Below are positions 9,070 to 18,378 of a stretch of DNA of 64,000 nt, piece after piece. Position 1 is the first letter of the stretch. Each line of letters starts with the position of its first letter. The position numbers and the translations under genes were made by a program. The notes beneath the pieces are model-generated. The model did not search any database. It saw only the letters and a program-made list of their open reading frames with translations, and was not told where the DNA came from. The stretch is from positions 1 through 64,000 of the forward strand of contig OW569385.1 in the NCBI GenBank assembly GCA_937625935.1. Direction: 5' to 3'. Source of the DNA: Tetramitus jugosus. Its lineage: Eukaryota > Protista > Heterolobosea.

Positions 9070-11049
9070 ATGAGTGATAAGAACAACATATTTGGACAAC
9101 AAGCACCTTCTCTGCTTAGTGCAGGTCAAAACATAGATATCAGTGATGATGTGATCGGCACAGTTATGGCGCCCACATTCTCATCTGTCTCAATCTCAAC
9201 AACACCATCAGCGCCCTCAAATGCCGCGACTAAGAGTTATGTCGATAATCTGTGGAACAGTGTGGGTAATTGGCAGGCCCCAGTTGCAACAAGGGATGTG
9301 GCCCCTTCACTTGGCACTGCTCAGGGCATGAGGTACCTTATTACTGATGCCCCCACTGACTTGGTATGGGCTGACTATCCCAATCACATAGTTGAATATG
9401 GCCCCGCAGATGTGCCGGCCTTCACTGCCCCAACTGATGGCATGGTCGTGTTCGCACAAGATACGGATCTTATCTGGCTCTATAATGGGACGGCCTGGGT
9501 CAATATGGGCCTCGCAACACAACACAACAACACACTTGGGCTTCAGGGCGGTAATGAGTCTGAGAGATATCACCTGGATAGCGTCAAGTATGGTTACATC
9601 GACACACTGACTGGGCCTGCACAGACACAACTTGATAATCGACTAGCGATAAATCTCACAACGACATCATCACAGACAATGAACGGCTATGTCACACATG
9701 TGCTTGATACAGGTAACATAGATATTGTGACGCGTAGTAGCAACCCAACTATCGCCTTCATAAACACCACAGCCACAAAGGCCGCTGATATGAGATTGGG
9801 TACCTCAGTTGGTGATATTGCGTTCAGAACGGGTAACAGTATCGCGGCCCTCACAGAAAGAATGAGAATCACGAATGCCGGGCCTATAGTGATTAGCAAC
9901 CTCACTGCAAGTAGAGCAGTTTATTCAGATGCATCATCTCAACTCATGACCTCTACTGTTACAGATGTTGAGCTGGGCTATTTGAGCGGAGTCACAAGCG
10001 CAATTCAAACACAATTCGGAACAAAACTGAGCTTAAGTGGTGGAACACTCACTGGAGCACTTATCTCAACATCGGGGGGCATCTCTGTGACTGGCACGGG
10101 AGCATCAACAACACAACCACTTATGATAGGAACATACGGAACTCTTGATGACCCTAGTATATGGCTCCCAGTTAAGTCCGATACATCAAGCTTTACTGTC
10201 AGCACCATCAATGCCACTGCTGCCGGTGTAATTAATACTCTTAATCCCCCAGTACAGGTATGGACTCGAAAGGGGCAAGATACTTATTCGTACGGAAATA
10301 CAGTATTATGGACTATTATGAAGAACGACACCCAAACATCATCTAATACGTTACTGAAGCTGGGCCTCAGCGCGGGAGGAAACAATGTAATGCAAGAACC
10401 AATTCATTTTGCATGGGACGGTGTTAAGCTTCCACTCAACACTGCAAGTCGCGCATTATATATAGATTCAAACAAATATATCAAGACCTCAGCAACAACG
10501 AACACTGAACTCGGCTATCTCAGCGGAGTGACTTCAGCGGTTCAAACGCAGCTTGATGCTCGCTTGCCCCTTACCGGAGGAACATTAACAGGCAATCTCA
10601 ACGGTGTGACCCCAACGCAACTGGGCTATTTGGTTGGAACTACGTCCAACGTTCAGACACAGCTTGATGCTAAACTTCCAATTATAGGAGGTAAGATTGC
10701 AGGTAATAATGTCAATATCAAGACTGGGCGTTTGCAGTTCAGCGGTGGAAGCTTCACATGGGTCGTCAACAATGGCTTCGATGGTGGAGTCGGAACTCGT
10801 ATCGATGATACAGACCCAACTAACTTCCTTATCGGTGTGCCATCACCCAGACACGTGCTCGCCGTTATCTCATGCTCGATCCAGACAGAGACATCAAACA
10901 ACAGTGTTGCATACATCTGTGAGTTTGTGAATGGTGGAGCTACCGTTAATCTTCGTGTCAAGAACTGCGCGACCGGGGCCAACGTTGCATTCGCCACTAC
11001 TTTCACCGGCACTCCATTCCTCATTGTCAGCTTTACGTACATCTACTAG
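9070..11049 (+). CDS. Fibre/spike protein with phage tail-fibre-like repeats
   Basis: 659 aa, T/S/G-rich. Contains AATKSYVD, PTDGMVVF...YNGTAWV, three ELGYLSGVTSAxQTQ-type repeats, LxGGTLTG and ERMRIT. Confidence 0.8.
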   Translation: MSDKNNIFGQQAPSLLSAGQNIDISDDVIGTVMAPTFSSVSISTTPSAPSNAATKSYVDNLWNSVGNWQAPVATRDVAPSLGTAQGMRYLITDAPTDLVWADYPNHIVEYGPADVPAFTAPTDGMVVFAQDTDLIWLYNGTAWVNMGLATQHNNTLGLQGGNESERYHLDSVKYGYIDTLTGPAQTQLDNRLAINLTTTSSQTMNGYVTHVLDTGNIDIVTRSSNPTIAFINTTATKAADMRLGTSVGDIAFRTGNSIAALTERMRITNAGPIVISNLTASRAVYSDASSQLMTSTVTDVELGYLSGVTSAIQTQFGTKLSLSGGTLTGALISTSGGISVTGTGASTTQPLMIGTYGTLDDPSIWLPVKSDTSSFTVSTINATAAGVINTLNPPVQVWTRKGQDTYSYGNTVLWTIMKNDTQTSSNTLLKLGLSAGGNNVMQEPIHFAWDGVKLPLNTASRALYIDSNKYIKTSATTNTELGYLSGVTSAVQTQLDARLPLTGGTLTGNLNGVTPTQLGYLVGTTSNVQTQLDAKLPIIGGKIAGNNVNIKTGRLQFSGGSFTWVVNNGFDGGVGTRIDDTDPTNFLIGVPSPRHVLAVISCSIQTETSNNSVAYICEFVNGGATVNLRVKNCATGANVAFATTFTGTPFLIVSFTYIY

Positions 11050-11104
11050 TGGTATTCGACATAATTATTTTACATTCACTTTTTCCCACCCCATTATTAT
11101 AGCA

Positions 11105-11389
11105 ATGCTTAGGACTAAAGAAGAAAGGTTGGCGGATCTGCCCAGATTGGCATTTGAGGTGTTCAAGGCAGAACACGAGATTAGTGTGATGGAAAAAGCG
11201 AGTGATCTGACCAACGATAACCCACAAGAATTTCATGACATGTTCAAGCGTGTTGCTTTGGATAGACTTCGTCTCATTGTGGCACTATATGGCCCACCTC
11301 ATGCAGAGTTCACAGATCAGGAATATGACTGGGCGGTATCAGCTATTGATGCGATGTTTCTGAGCTACCTCGAAGAGATCAAGACATAA
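11105..11389 (+). CDS. Viral hypothetical protein (94 aa) flanked by 22-bp direct repeats
   Basis: TATTATAGCA-ATG start. gacataattattttacattcac occurs at 11058-11079 and 11383-11404. Confidence 0.65.
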   Translation: MLRTKEERLADLPRLAFEVFKAEHEISVMEKASDLTNDNPQEFHDMFKRVALDRLRLIVALYGPPHAEFTDQEYDWAVSAIDAMFLSYLEEIKT

Positions 11390-11444
11390 TTATTTTACAT
11401 TCACATTTTTATCACACCCATTAATATAATCAAAGATCAAGACA

Positions 11445-12661
11445 ATGGCATCATTACTTTATTCAGACGACTCAACTTACGCAGATTATTTCTCATCTGG
11501 TGGACGCAGAGTTCTATCAGATGATAATCGCAGAAGGATCAATCCTTCAACTGGCTTGGTCCCAGTAATTGGCAACGACACGGTCATCACTATCCCAAAA
11601 CAGGGTGATGCATTTCTATCTCATGCGGTTCTTGAGATTAGTGTTGCGCCTGTAACTGCAACTGGTGGTACTTACACAAGATTAAGCAATGCTTTCGGCC
11701 TCTTCTGCATGAACCGCATTGAATTAAGTATCGGAGGTGAGAAGATTGACACTCTCTATCCAAAGCAGATCGAACAGATGCTTGTTCAACATACTTGGGC
11801 CGAGGAGCTTGAAAGAAGGGCAATTTGGGTTATGCCTCTGCAACCGATCGCGCCACTGCCGCCGCATCTCCTCAAACCTTCTACTTGGAGCTCAACAGAT
11901 ATTTCGGCATCTTGAATAACCCTCTTCCGATCTCATTGTTGGCCTCAGACCTTCAATTCCAGATCTATTGGAATGGCAACCTCAATACTCTTGTTGAAAC
12001 AGACGGAACCAACCCACAATTCTCATTCACTGCAGCAACTATTGTCGCGACCTATGCTGCACCACATGGTGTCAATCGTACTCTAATCAAGAAGTTGCAA
12101 GAAGAGGCGCAGGGTAATGGTTTCCCAATCTACTCAGAAGAAGTCATGAGAATTACAAGACCATGGGGTGGCGGTGCTTCAACATTCCAAGCTCAATTGA
12201 CTGAACTTAATGACCGCAATGTGATCTATATGAACATCACTGATGAGTCATCTGTTGTGCCATCGGGAGCATCATTCACGGGCTATGACCCACTAGACAG
12301 CATTAAACTGGCCTCATATCGTTTGGAGAATGCAGGTAAACAGATTCACGGAGCAGAGTTTGACATCACTGACGCTTTCTTCAAGAAGACACTTGCTCAA
12401 GAGTACAGCTTCTTGGGTGTCAAGGAAATCAAGACCAGAAACATCTATTCGATCTCCTACTCTGATGACCTAAAGGATGAGTTCGAAGAAGGACACAACG
12501 AGTATAGCGGATCGATGTCTTTCAAGGATATGAATGCAGTCACCCTCAAGTTGGACTATGGCACTGTGATGCCCGCCAACAGAAATGTAACAATCAATGT
12601 GTGGCAGCCAAGAAAGCACGTCATTAGGGGCGGAAGATTGGTTGAGGTGCCTCTCGTGTAA
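11445..12661 (+). pseudogene. Double-jelly-roll major capsid protein, about 405 aa if a 1-nt frameshift at about 11812-11814 is repaired
   Basis: ITIPKQGDAFLSHAVLEI...RLSNAFG...RIELSIGGEKIDTL and FYLELNRYF...PLPISLL...LQFQIYW match the NCLDV-type MCP N-terminal jelly roll. The two ORFs join with one added A. Confidence 0.85.
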
Positions 12662-12726
12662 TCACACCAATAAATATCTCTGCTATTTTTGTGCAACACC
12701 TTATATACATACAAACAATTCACAAC

Positions 12727-13062
12727 ATGATAGGAGATCGATTAAGAGGATTCTTTGGAGATGTCAAAGACAAGTTCAAGAGCATTGGTGAAAGAATAAG
12801 CGGGCGAGTAGAAGATGCCCGAAAAACAATTGGTGAGACCATCAGAAGGGCACCAGCTGCAATAGAGAGCGCAATTGAGTTCGCCAAGAAGCAAGCAATC
12901 TCTGTGAGTGAGGGAGTTGGGACGGTTGGCTATAATGTGGTGAGCCGCACAGGTAAGGGCCTAGCAGAAACAGCAGGTGGAGTATTCAATTCCTCCATCT
13001 TTACTGGCCCAGTATTGTTAGGCGGCCTGGTCTTAGCTGGATTAGTAGCCACCAAGTTGTAG
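12727..13062 (+). CDS. Small viral membrane protein (amphipathic N-terminus, C-terminal TM)
   Basis: 111 aa ending PVLLGGLVLAGLVATKL, with the promoter-like motif upstream. Directly follows the MCP. Confidence 0.7.
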   Translation: MIGDRLRGFFGDVKDKFKSIGERISGRVEDARKTIGETIRRAPAAIESAIEFAKKQAISVSEGVGTVGYNVVSRTGKGLAETAGGVFNSSIFTGPVLLGGLVLAGLVATKL

Positions 13063-13161
13063 TGCCTTAGCTGCACACTTTCACAAGATGAATAAAATGC
13101 GATACAGTCACTTATTTTTTGATTATCATGAAATGCAGTCCCCAATGATGATAGGGCTAAA

Positions 13162-13374
13162 TGGGGTTGAAATGAGTGGGGCCCGAGTGACCAGGTCAGT
13201 TTCTCGTTAGGCCTGCTCTTCAATGTGGGATAATTTTGAAGATGCTCATATTACGAGAGAATGAGGCGGTTGTTTCATAGGCGTGCTCTACACCTAAAAC
13301 AGGGTTCTCTAATAATATTAATTACCAGCAAAAATGAAGGGACTTATTAAGTTGAAATTCGGGGTGCTCAAAAT
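13162..13374 (+). repeat. Viral intergenic repeat, copy 3
   Basis: Matches copies 1 and 2; the 84-bp core is identical to copy 2. Confidence 0.93.
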
Positions 13375-13661
13375 CAGATTGCGAACTTGTTAAACTTGAC
13401 ATACAACTCCATTACACCGGCCAATGCTGCGGCCTTCTCATTAGCGGGTATCTGATCACAGGTCATCACCCTATTGGTCAATCTCTCAACGAGGCCGCCC
13501 TCAGATTGGGCCTCAAACGCAAATATGTTGGCCGGCACCACCATAGATACTGGCTCTCTCTTAGCAATGAGTGTTTCAATATATAGTGTCTTCAATGTTG
13601 CGATCAGTTGGGTTTGGAGCCGCCATTCAGACAGGCTCATTGTTATCCTTTGTTCAGACAT
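13374..13661 (-). CDS. Viral hypothetical protein (95 aa)
   Basis: ATG at 13661 preceded by TTTTTGTGCCGCCCTATTATACC. Confidence 0.65.
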   Translation of the reverse strand: MSEQRITMSLSEWRLQTQLIATLKTLYIETLIAKREPVSMVVPANIFAFEAQSEGGLVERLTNRVMTCDQIPANEKAAALAGVMELYVKFNKFAI

Positions 13662-13761
13662 GGTATAATAGGGCGGCACAAAAATAAGGGCCATTAATTA
13701 TTATTGAGCTGCTTTTCCAAACCCTATAGAGACCCCCTCAATCACACCCTTGGCCGCCTTA

Positions 13762-14289
13762 TTATGATGAAATTGGCGACACACTTTTCTTCTTATTCTT
13801 ACCCATATATTCTGCCAAATTACCGGCCGAATCTCGATACAGCTTGTTGCTCATGTAGATCTTATCCAACCCCAATGAGGCAGTCATCAACTTGCGAACA
13901 ACACTATAGTCAACACTCAACTTGGCATAATGCGCGATATTGAAGGTCAGGTGAGCATGAAGGCAATTCTTGTCATCCCCCAGTTCAATGGCATAAGAGA
14001 GGCGGATATCCTTAATCATTGTTGAGTCACCCTCTTTGAACACCAATATAGATGACACACCCTTGTGATCGGAAAACACGCTCAATATGGCAGACTCCAA
14101 CTCTTTGCATTTAGCTGCGAACTCCTTCTCATGGCCCGAATAGCGCTGATTGGTATTTATGGTGATGTAGTAATTCGAGTGTCTCAATTGTTTGGGTTTC
14201 TGTTTCTTCGATGCGGCTGACTTTTCAACATTGGACATATTGATGCCCCCCTCGACTTGTACTGTTGGTAACTCCTCTGTGCTATTCAT
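13762..14289 (-). CDS. HUH-superfamily (Rep-like) endonuclease, 175 aa, no helicase domain
   Basis: Motif I YYITINTN, motif II ELG....LHAHLTF and motif III LAEYMGK in RCR Rep order. ATG 14289 is preceded by TATATAGCA. Confidence 0.8.
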   Translation of the reverse strand: MNSTEELPTVQVEGGINMSNVEKSAASKKQKPKQLRHSNYYITINTNQRYSGHEKEFAAKCKELESAILSVFSDHKGVSSILVFKEGDSTMIKDIRLSYAIELGDDKNCLHAHLTFNIAHYAKLSVDYSVVRKLMTASLGLDKIYMSNKLYRDSAGNLAEYMGKNKKKSVSPISS

Positions 14290-14343
14290 TGCTATATAAT
14301 TAGGACAGCAAAAAAGCTTAGCACATATTAATATATAGTGATA

Positions 14344-14649
14344 ATGATACTCCCAATTGTTCAAGTTTCCAAGTACGACCTCATTGGCGAAGAACCGGCC
14401 CAAGATGATGTGACCTATGAGCCCCCAGCTCAAGAAGTGCAGCCTGAAATGGTTCCAGTCGAACAGCCAACAGAACCTGAACCTACTGAGCTCCCCCCTC
14501 AGCAAGAACCACCACAACCTGCTGAAGATCATTTGTTGTTCAGTGCTGCTCGTGGCTTTGGCGGGATTCAAGCAACAAGAACTAGAACAATATTTGGTGC
14601 AACTATTCTTGCCACATTGGGTGTCATAACGTTGATGATCCCTAAGTAA
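14344..14649 (+). CDS. Acidic P/E/Q-rich viral protein with C-terminal TM anchor
   Basis: EP/QP-rich region followed by IFGATILATLGVITLMI. Divergent from the HUH gene. Confidence 0.7.
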   Translation: MILPIVQVSKYDLIGEEPAQDDVTYEPPAQEVQPEMVPVEQPTEPEPTELPPQQEPPQPAEDHLLFSAARGFGGIQATRTRTIFGATILATLGVITLMIPK

Positions 14650-14664
14650 AAATAATGCTCCTTT

Positions 14665-14961
14665 TTATGCGACCTCAACAAAGAAGTCCAAGTATCGGCG
14701 GCACTTTGCGATATCATCCACATTGAACTTGTTGATGTCTTGGCCGAATGAGTAGCACAGCCCACCAATGAACTTATCAAAATTGTCGGCTTTATGTGGG
14801 GCGATGTAAGTGCGAACATAGACCACGAAGTCAGACACAGTCATAGCGTCCAGGGTGCTGATGTGTTGCTTGATAGAGTCCCCCTCATCTGAGAACATTA
14901 CGGATAGGAACTTAGTGAAATTGTTCTTCTTCTCTGCTATAAGTGTTTGGATGTCAGTCAT
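14665..14961 (-). CDS. Viral hypothetical protein (98 aa), last gene carrying the viral promoter-like motif
   Basis: TTTTTGTGAGGCCCCATTATAGCA-ATG upstream. Confidence 0.7.
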   Translation of the reverse strand: MTDIQTLIAEKKNNFTKFLSVMFSDEGDSIKQHISTLDAMTVSDFVVYVRTYIAPHKADNFDKFIGGLCYSFGQDINKFNVDDIAKCRRYLDFFVEVA

Positions 14962-15452
14962 TGCTATAATGGGGCCTCACAAAAATATGGGGCTGAAATT
15001 ATTATTCATGTTGTTGAGGGTCGGCTTCATTATTTTGCTGATCGGCTGAGGGGCGTCTTCTAGTGAATGAAGCTGCGTCTAATTTGATTCTGCAACATGA
15101 TGTGCATTCACTCTCGAAATGGCGGATGTGCATAAGGGCGTCACTGATGAGTTGTATGACGTTGGTGATAATGATGCAGATGAGCCTCACTGTTTGACGA
15201 GTTGGATGTCGTTGAATTACTGTGTGTCATATTTGTCCGATATTGGTCCGATGATGTTGTCTATTGAAAGGTGTCAACAAAAAATCAATCAGTTAACTGG
15301 TTGACTATGTTACAATAATGACGTCACGCACGCCTATAAAAGAGAGTGTTTTTTCGCAACCAACTCTGGAAAACATATATATTAATGTGTGTAACAAACA
15401 ATTGACTTCTTTACTTCTATGTTGCTGAATTGATACTGACACTCTTTGTAGA

Positions 15453-16004
15453 ATGTACTCAAACCAATCATTGTCTGTATCAACCTGTGGATCATCGTCT
15501 TCTTCCTCCTCTCCTCTCTTTGATGCTTTCTATGGTGCTATTGATGCCATCAATGGATATTCTGGGTTGATTAGTGCGCAACAACGCATTGATTGGGACC
15601 CTCCGCGCAACCCAAAGCAACAAACGGGGTACCTCGAAGATGTCCTTCTGGAACTCATTGATGTATTCTTGGGTTACTTTGAGCAAATTACGCAGCCGGA
15701 TATTGTAGAAGTGATTAAGACATGCCGCGCAAATGCTCGAACAGCCGTGGAGGATACCAAACATCACACTTCACTTTGCCGGATGTTCCAGTGGATGAAA
15801 TGGGGTGTTAACCAAGAATACCAAAAGCTATCTCCTCGGATTGAATTTAGACGTTACATGGAGAGAGGCGTTGAGGACACGGAGAGTATGAAGAAGGCAG
15901 CAAAGATACTTCTCGTGCATCATTCCAGAATGGACATGAATGCTCGTGAGGTTTTCATCTTTGTTGAGGCGATGATCTACAAAAGGTGGAAGACAATAGG
16001 TTAA
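15453..16004 (+). CDS. Hypothetical protein (183 aa)
   Basis: ATG ORF with protein-like composition. Lacks the viral motif; a TATAAAA lies upstream at about 15335. Confidence 0.5.
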   Translation: MYSNQSLSVSTCGSSSSSSSPLFDAFYGAIDAINGYSGLISAQQRIDWDPPRNPKQQTGYLEDVLLELIDVFLGYFEQITQPDIVEVIKTCRANARTAVEDTKHHTSLCRMFQWMKWGVNQEYQKLSPRIEFRRYMERGVEDTESMKKAAKILLVHHSRMDMNAREVFIFVEAMIYKRWKTIG

Positions 16005-16286
16005 TCCTGGTGATTGGCTGAGCAGGTTGGGAGTGAGTAATTATGGTATGTTGGGGTAAAGGCAGCCAATTAACTGCTTGTATTAGGTCGTAAGGTCGAA
16101 ATAAAAGTTAGGTAATTGGCAAAAACATACTGTTCTTTTTCTATTGTCCCAGTTCATCATTGTATGGGGCCGTGTTTCATTGCTCATTCTTGTCATCTCT
16201 TTATTCGTCTGCCGGAGGGCCTTCTTAGGGGCCATACAATGAGCGGCTGTCCCAGACAGAGTCCAGGCAAAAAATCTTGGATCAAA

Positions 16287-16580
16287 CTAGTAACCCTTGT
16301 CATAAGAACCGCTACCCAATTGGTCAAACCTAGTTGAAATCGAACTATAAATCTTTGAATCATTCGTTAACATGACTGTGTACAAATATCTAACAGCAAT
16401 TTGAGTAACAATACTACCCTGTAAACGGCTCATATCGACAGCAACAGGAGTCAGCGGACCCTTTTGTCCACTACCACCAACTACGCTTTTATCTTCCCAA
16501 TAATACACTGTGCCATCACTCGTTAAAGAAACTGAATGATTGGTACTGGTAGTAACTTGAATGACCAGCTTTCCACTCAA
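16287..16580 (-). pseudogene. Degraded RCC1-repeat fragment paralogous to the gene at 23198
   Basis: HSVSLTSDGTVYYW...LTPVAVDMS...TVMLTNDSKIY aligns at DNA level with about 23833-24100. Conserved glycines are lost and there is no ATG. Confidence 0.8.
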
Positions 16581-18378
16581 TGACTCGACTCATATTCACA
16601 GCAAGCGGCACGGGAGAATCCTTTGTGCTCCTTCCCCAAACGCAACCCCAACCTCAATTTTGAGAGTGGATTTGGTTCGAACAGGTATTAATCACTACTA
16701 CATGTTTCTTCTGAGAGATGTGGATGATGGAAAAGACACAGTCCAGTATTGGGGACATATATCTGAAGAGAGGAGTATAGATCTTAATATGAATGATAGA
16801 GTCGCTCTCCACAAATGGGATTAAGATCATCAGAATCCATCTCCCAGTACATCCAGATCGTGAGGTGTGAAGAAGGTACCCCTTGTACAACCAATCGTCT
16901 GCCTCACTTGATCCACATGAGTAATGATTGAAAACAACATGTTATTCATTTGCTTTCTTTTGGTTTTTTTTTGTTCTTGAAGAATGTAACTCATGACATT
17001 GGTTCTCATCTAGGACGAATTGGAAATGGGTTCATATTCTTTACATAAAGGAGAAGACATTTAAGTAGCAGTAGGTCATCGCGATGATCATCTTCAAATA
17101 CCATTCACTTCATGAAGAGCATTGCCCTTTCCTTATAGCAAAATTTCTTAAGATTTGAGGTGGAGGAAAATGGTTAATATGGGCACAAATAGCTCTATTG
17201 TTGACCAATAACCAAAATGCATGGAGAGTACTGCACATCCACGAAATGCGATACTGGTGCAAGCAAGGGACAAGAGATAGTAATGTGACGGACAGGTCTT
17301 TGATGCTACACAAACACTTTTGCGATGTTGCAATCATTTGTAACACCAATGAAAAACAAATTACAAGGTGTCATTTTTGAAAACTTGGATACAAAGACTT
17401 CGAATCCAATCCCATTTTCAGGTCGATCATTCTGTTAATTGTGTTGATGTGGTGGATGTCAGGCGTTTGACTCCAAAACCACACACTTGTTTTGAACAAG
17501 TTGAACTGCGAACACTGCGGAAGCTCATCGTCGGATAACACATCTGAGAGAAGCGTCACCCAACGATAAAAGAAGTTGATCTGTTTTAAATACATTGATC
17601 CCACATTCCCATCAATTATTTAAGCTCTGAAAAAAATAATTTGGTGATGAAAACACTATGGTTCCTTCACGTGTGAAAAAACGAAATTTTTGGTTCCTTC
17701 AAGGGGAGAAAGTCGTTTTGAGTTCCGAAAGATCCAGTTTCCAGGAGATTTTGTCATTCCTAACTCCGCAAGAGATTGTCATTATTGTTAATTACTATTA
17801 TATAAGATTAAGTAGTTGGTATGGTAAGGGTGGCATTCACAGTTTCCGCAGTGATCAGACAGACACAACTGTTGACCATCATCAAAATAGTTCATAAAAC
17901 CAAGGAATTCATTCAGACAAACTGACATTAGGATATAAAACGCACGTTCACAAATGACAAAAGGGGCAAATTGATGCACTCGAGCTGGGTTCAATGCAGG
18001 TGCAACAGTCACACCAACAACAGCTGGATCCTTCTTGGTAGCAACCCTAGCTGTCTGTGGAACTCATTATATAGGAATAGTTTCTGTAAAATACAAGCCA
18101 GTAGCCGCAAACTCAAGGAAGAATCAAAACAAGAATCAAAGTCCTGGTTGTTCTCACTGGAGCTACCTTCACCATTTTTTCGATATTTTCTGTATCTTTT
18201 AACAACGAACGTTGGTCAGGAGAGCAATCACCATGCAAAATTCCAACAATACAAAAAACAATGATACTTTTACTGAAACTTTGCTATTGGTCTAAAACAT
18301 TTCATGTCCTTTGGCATTGTACAACATTTGCAACAGTAATTGTTCACTGCTGACTTGGCACCTCTTTTCTGACGAAGA

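Larger units (their letters stand above)
2702..15000. mobile_element. Endogenous small DNA virus (Polinton-like / small NCLDV-related), left end truncated, right boundary approximate
   Basis: Intronless, tightly packed ORFs: packaging ATPase, rve integrase, penton, DJR major capsid, fibre and HUH endonuclease. Genes share an upstream motif, and there are internal repeats absent from the rest of the window. Confidence 0.9.

Noticed and set aside
4700-13374. The three repeats as terminal inverted repeats or a CRISPR-like array
   Set aside because: They are internal, with viral genes on both sides, and are dispersed without a spacer structure.
14290-14571. N-terminal 94 aa of the 269-aa ORF
   Set aside because: Antisense shadow of the P/E-rich gene. 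The viral promoter motif marks ATG 14289 as the start.
14990-15450. Right terminus / TIR / TSD of the provirus
   Set aside because: The left end is lost, so no pairing is possible, and no Polinton-type terminal motif was recognised. The boundary is left approximate.
16600-18300. Short ORFs between the RCC1 relic and the LamG gene
   Set aside because: No recognisable motifs; probably decayed subtelomeric sequence.
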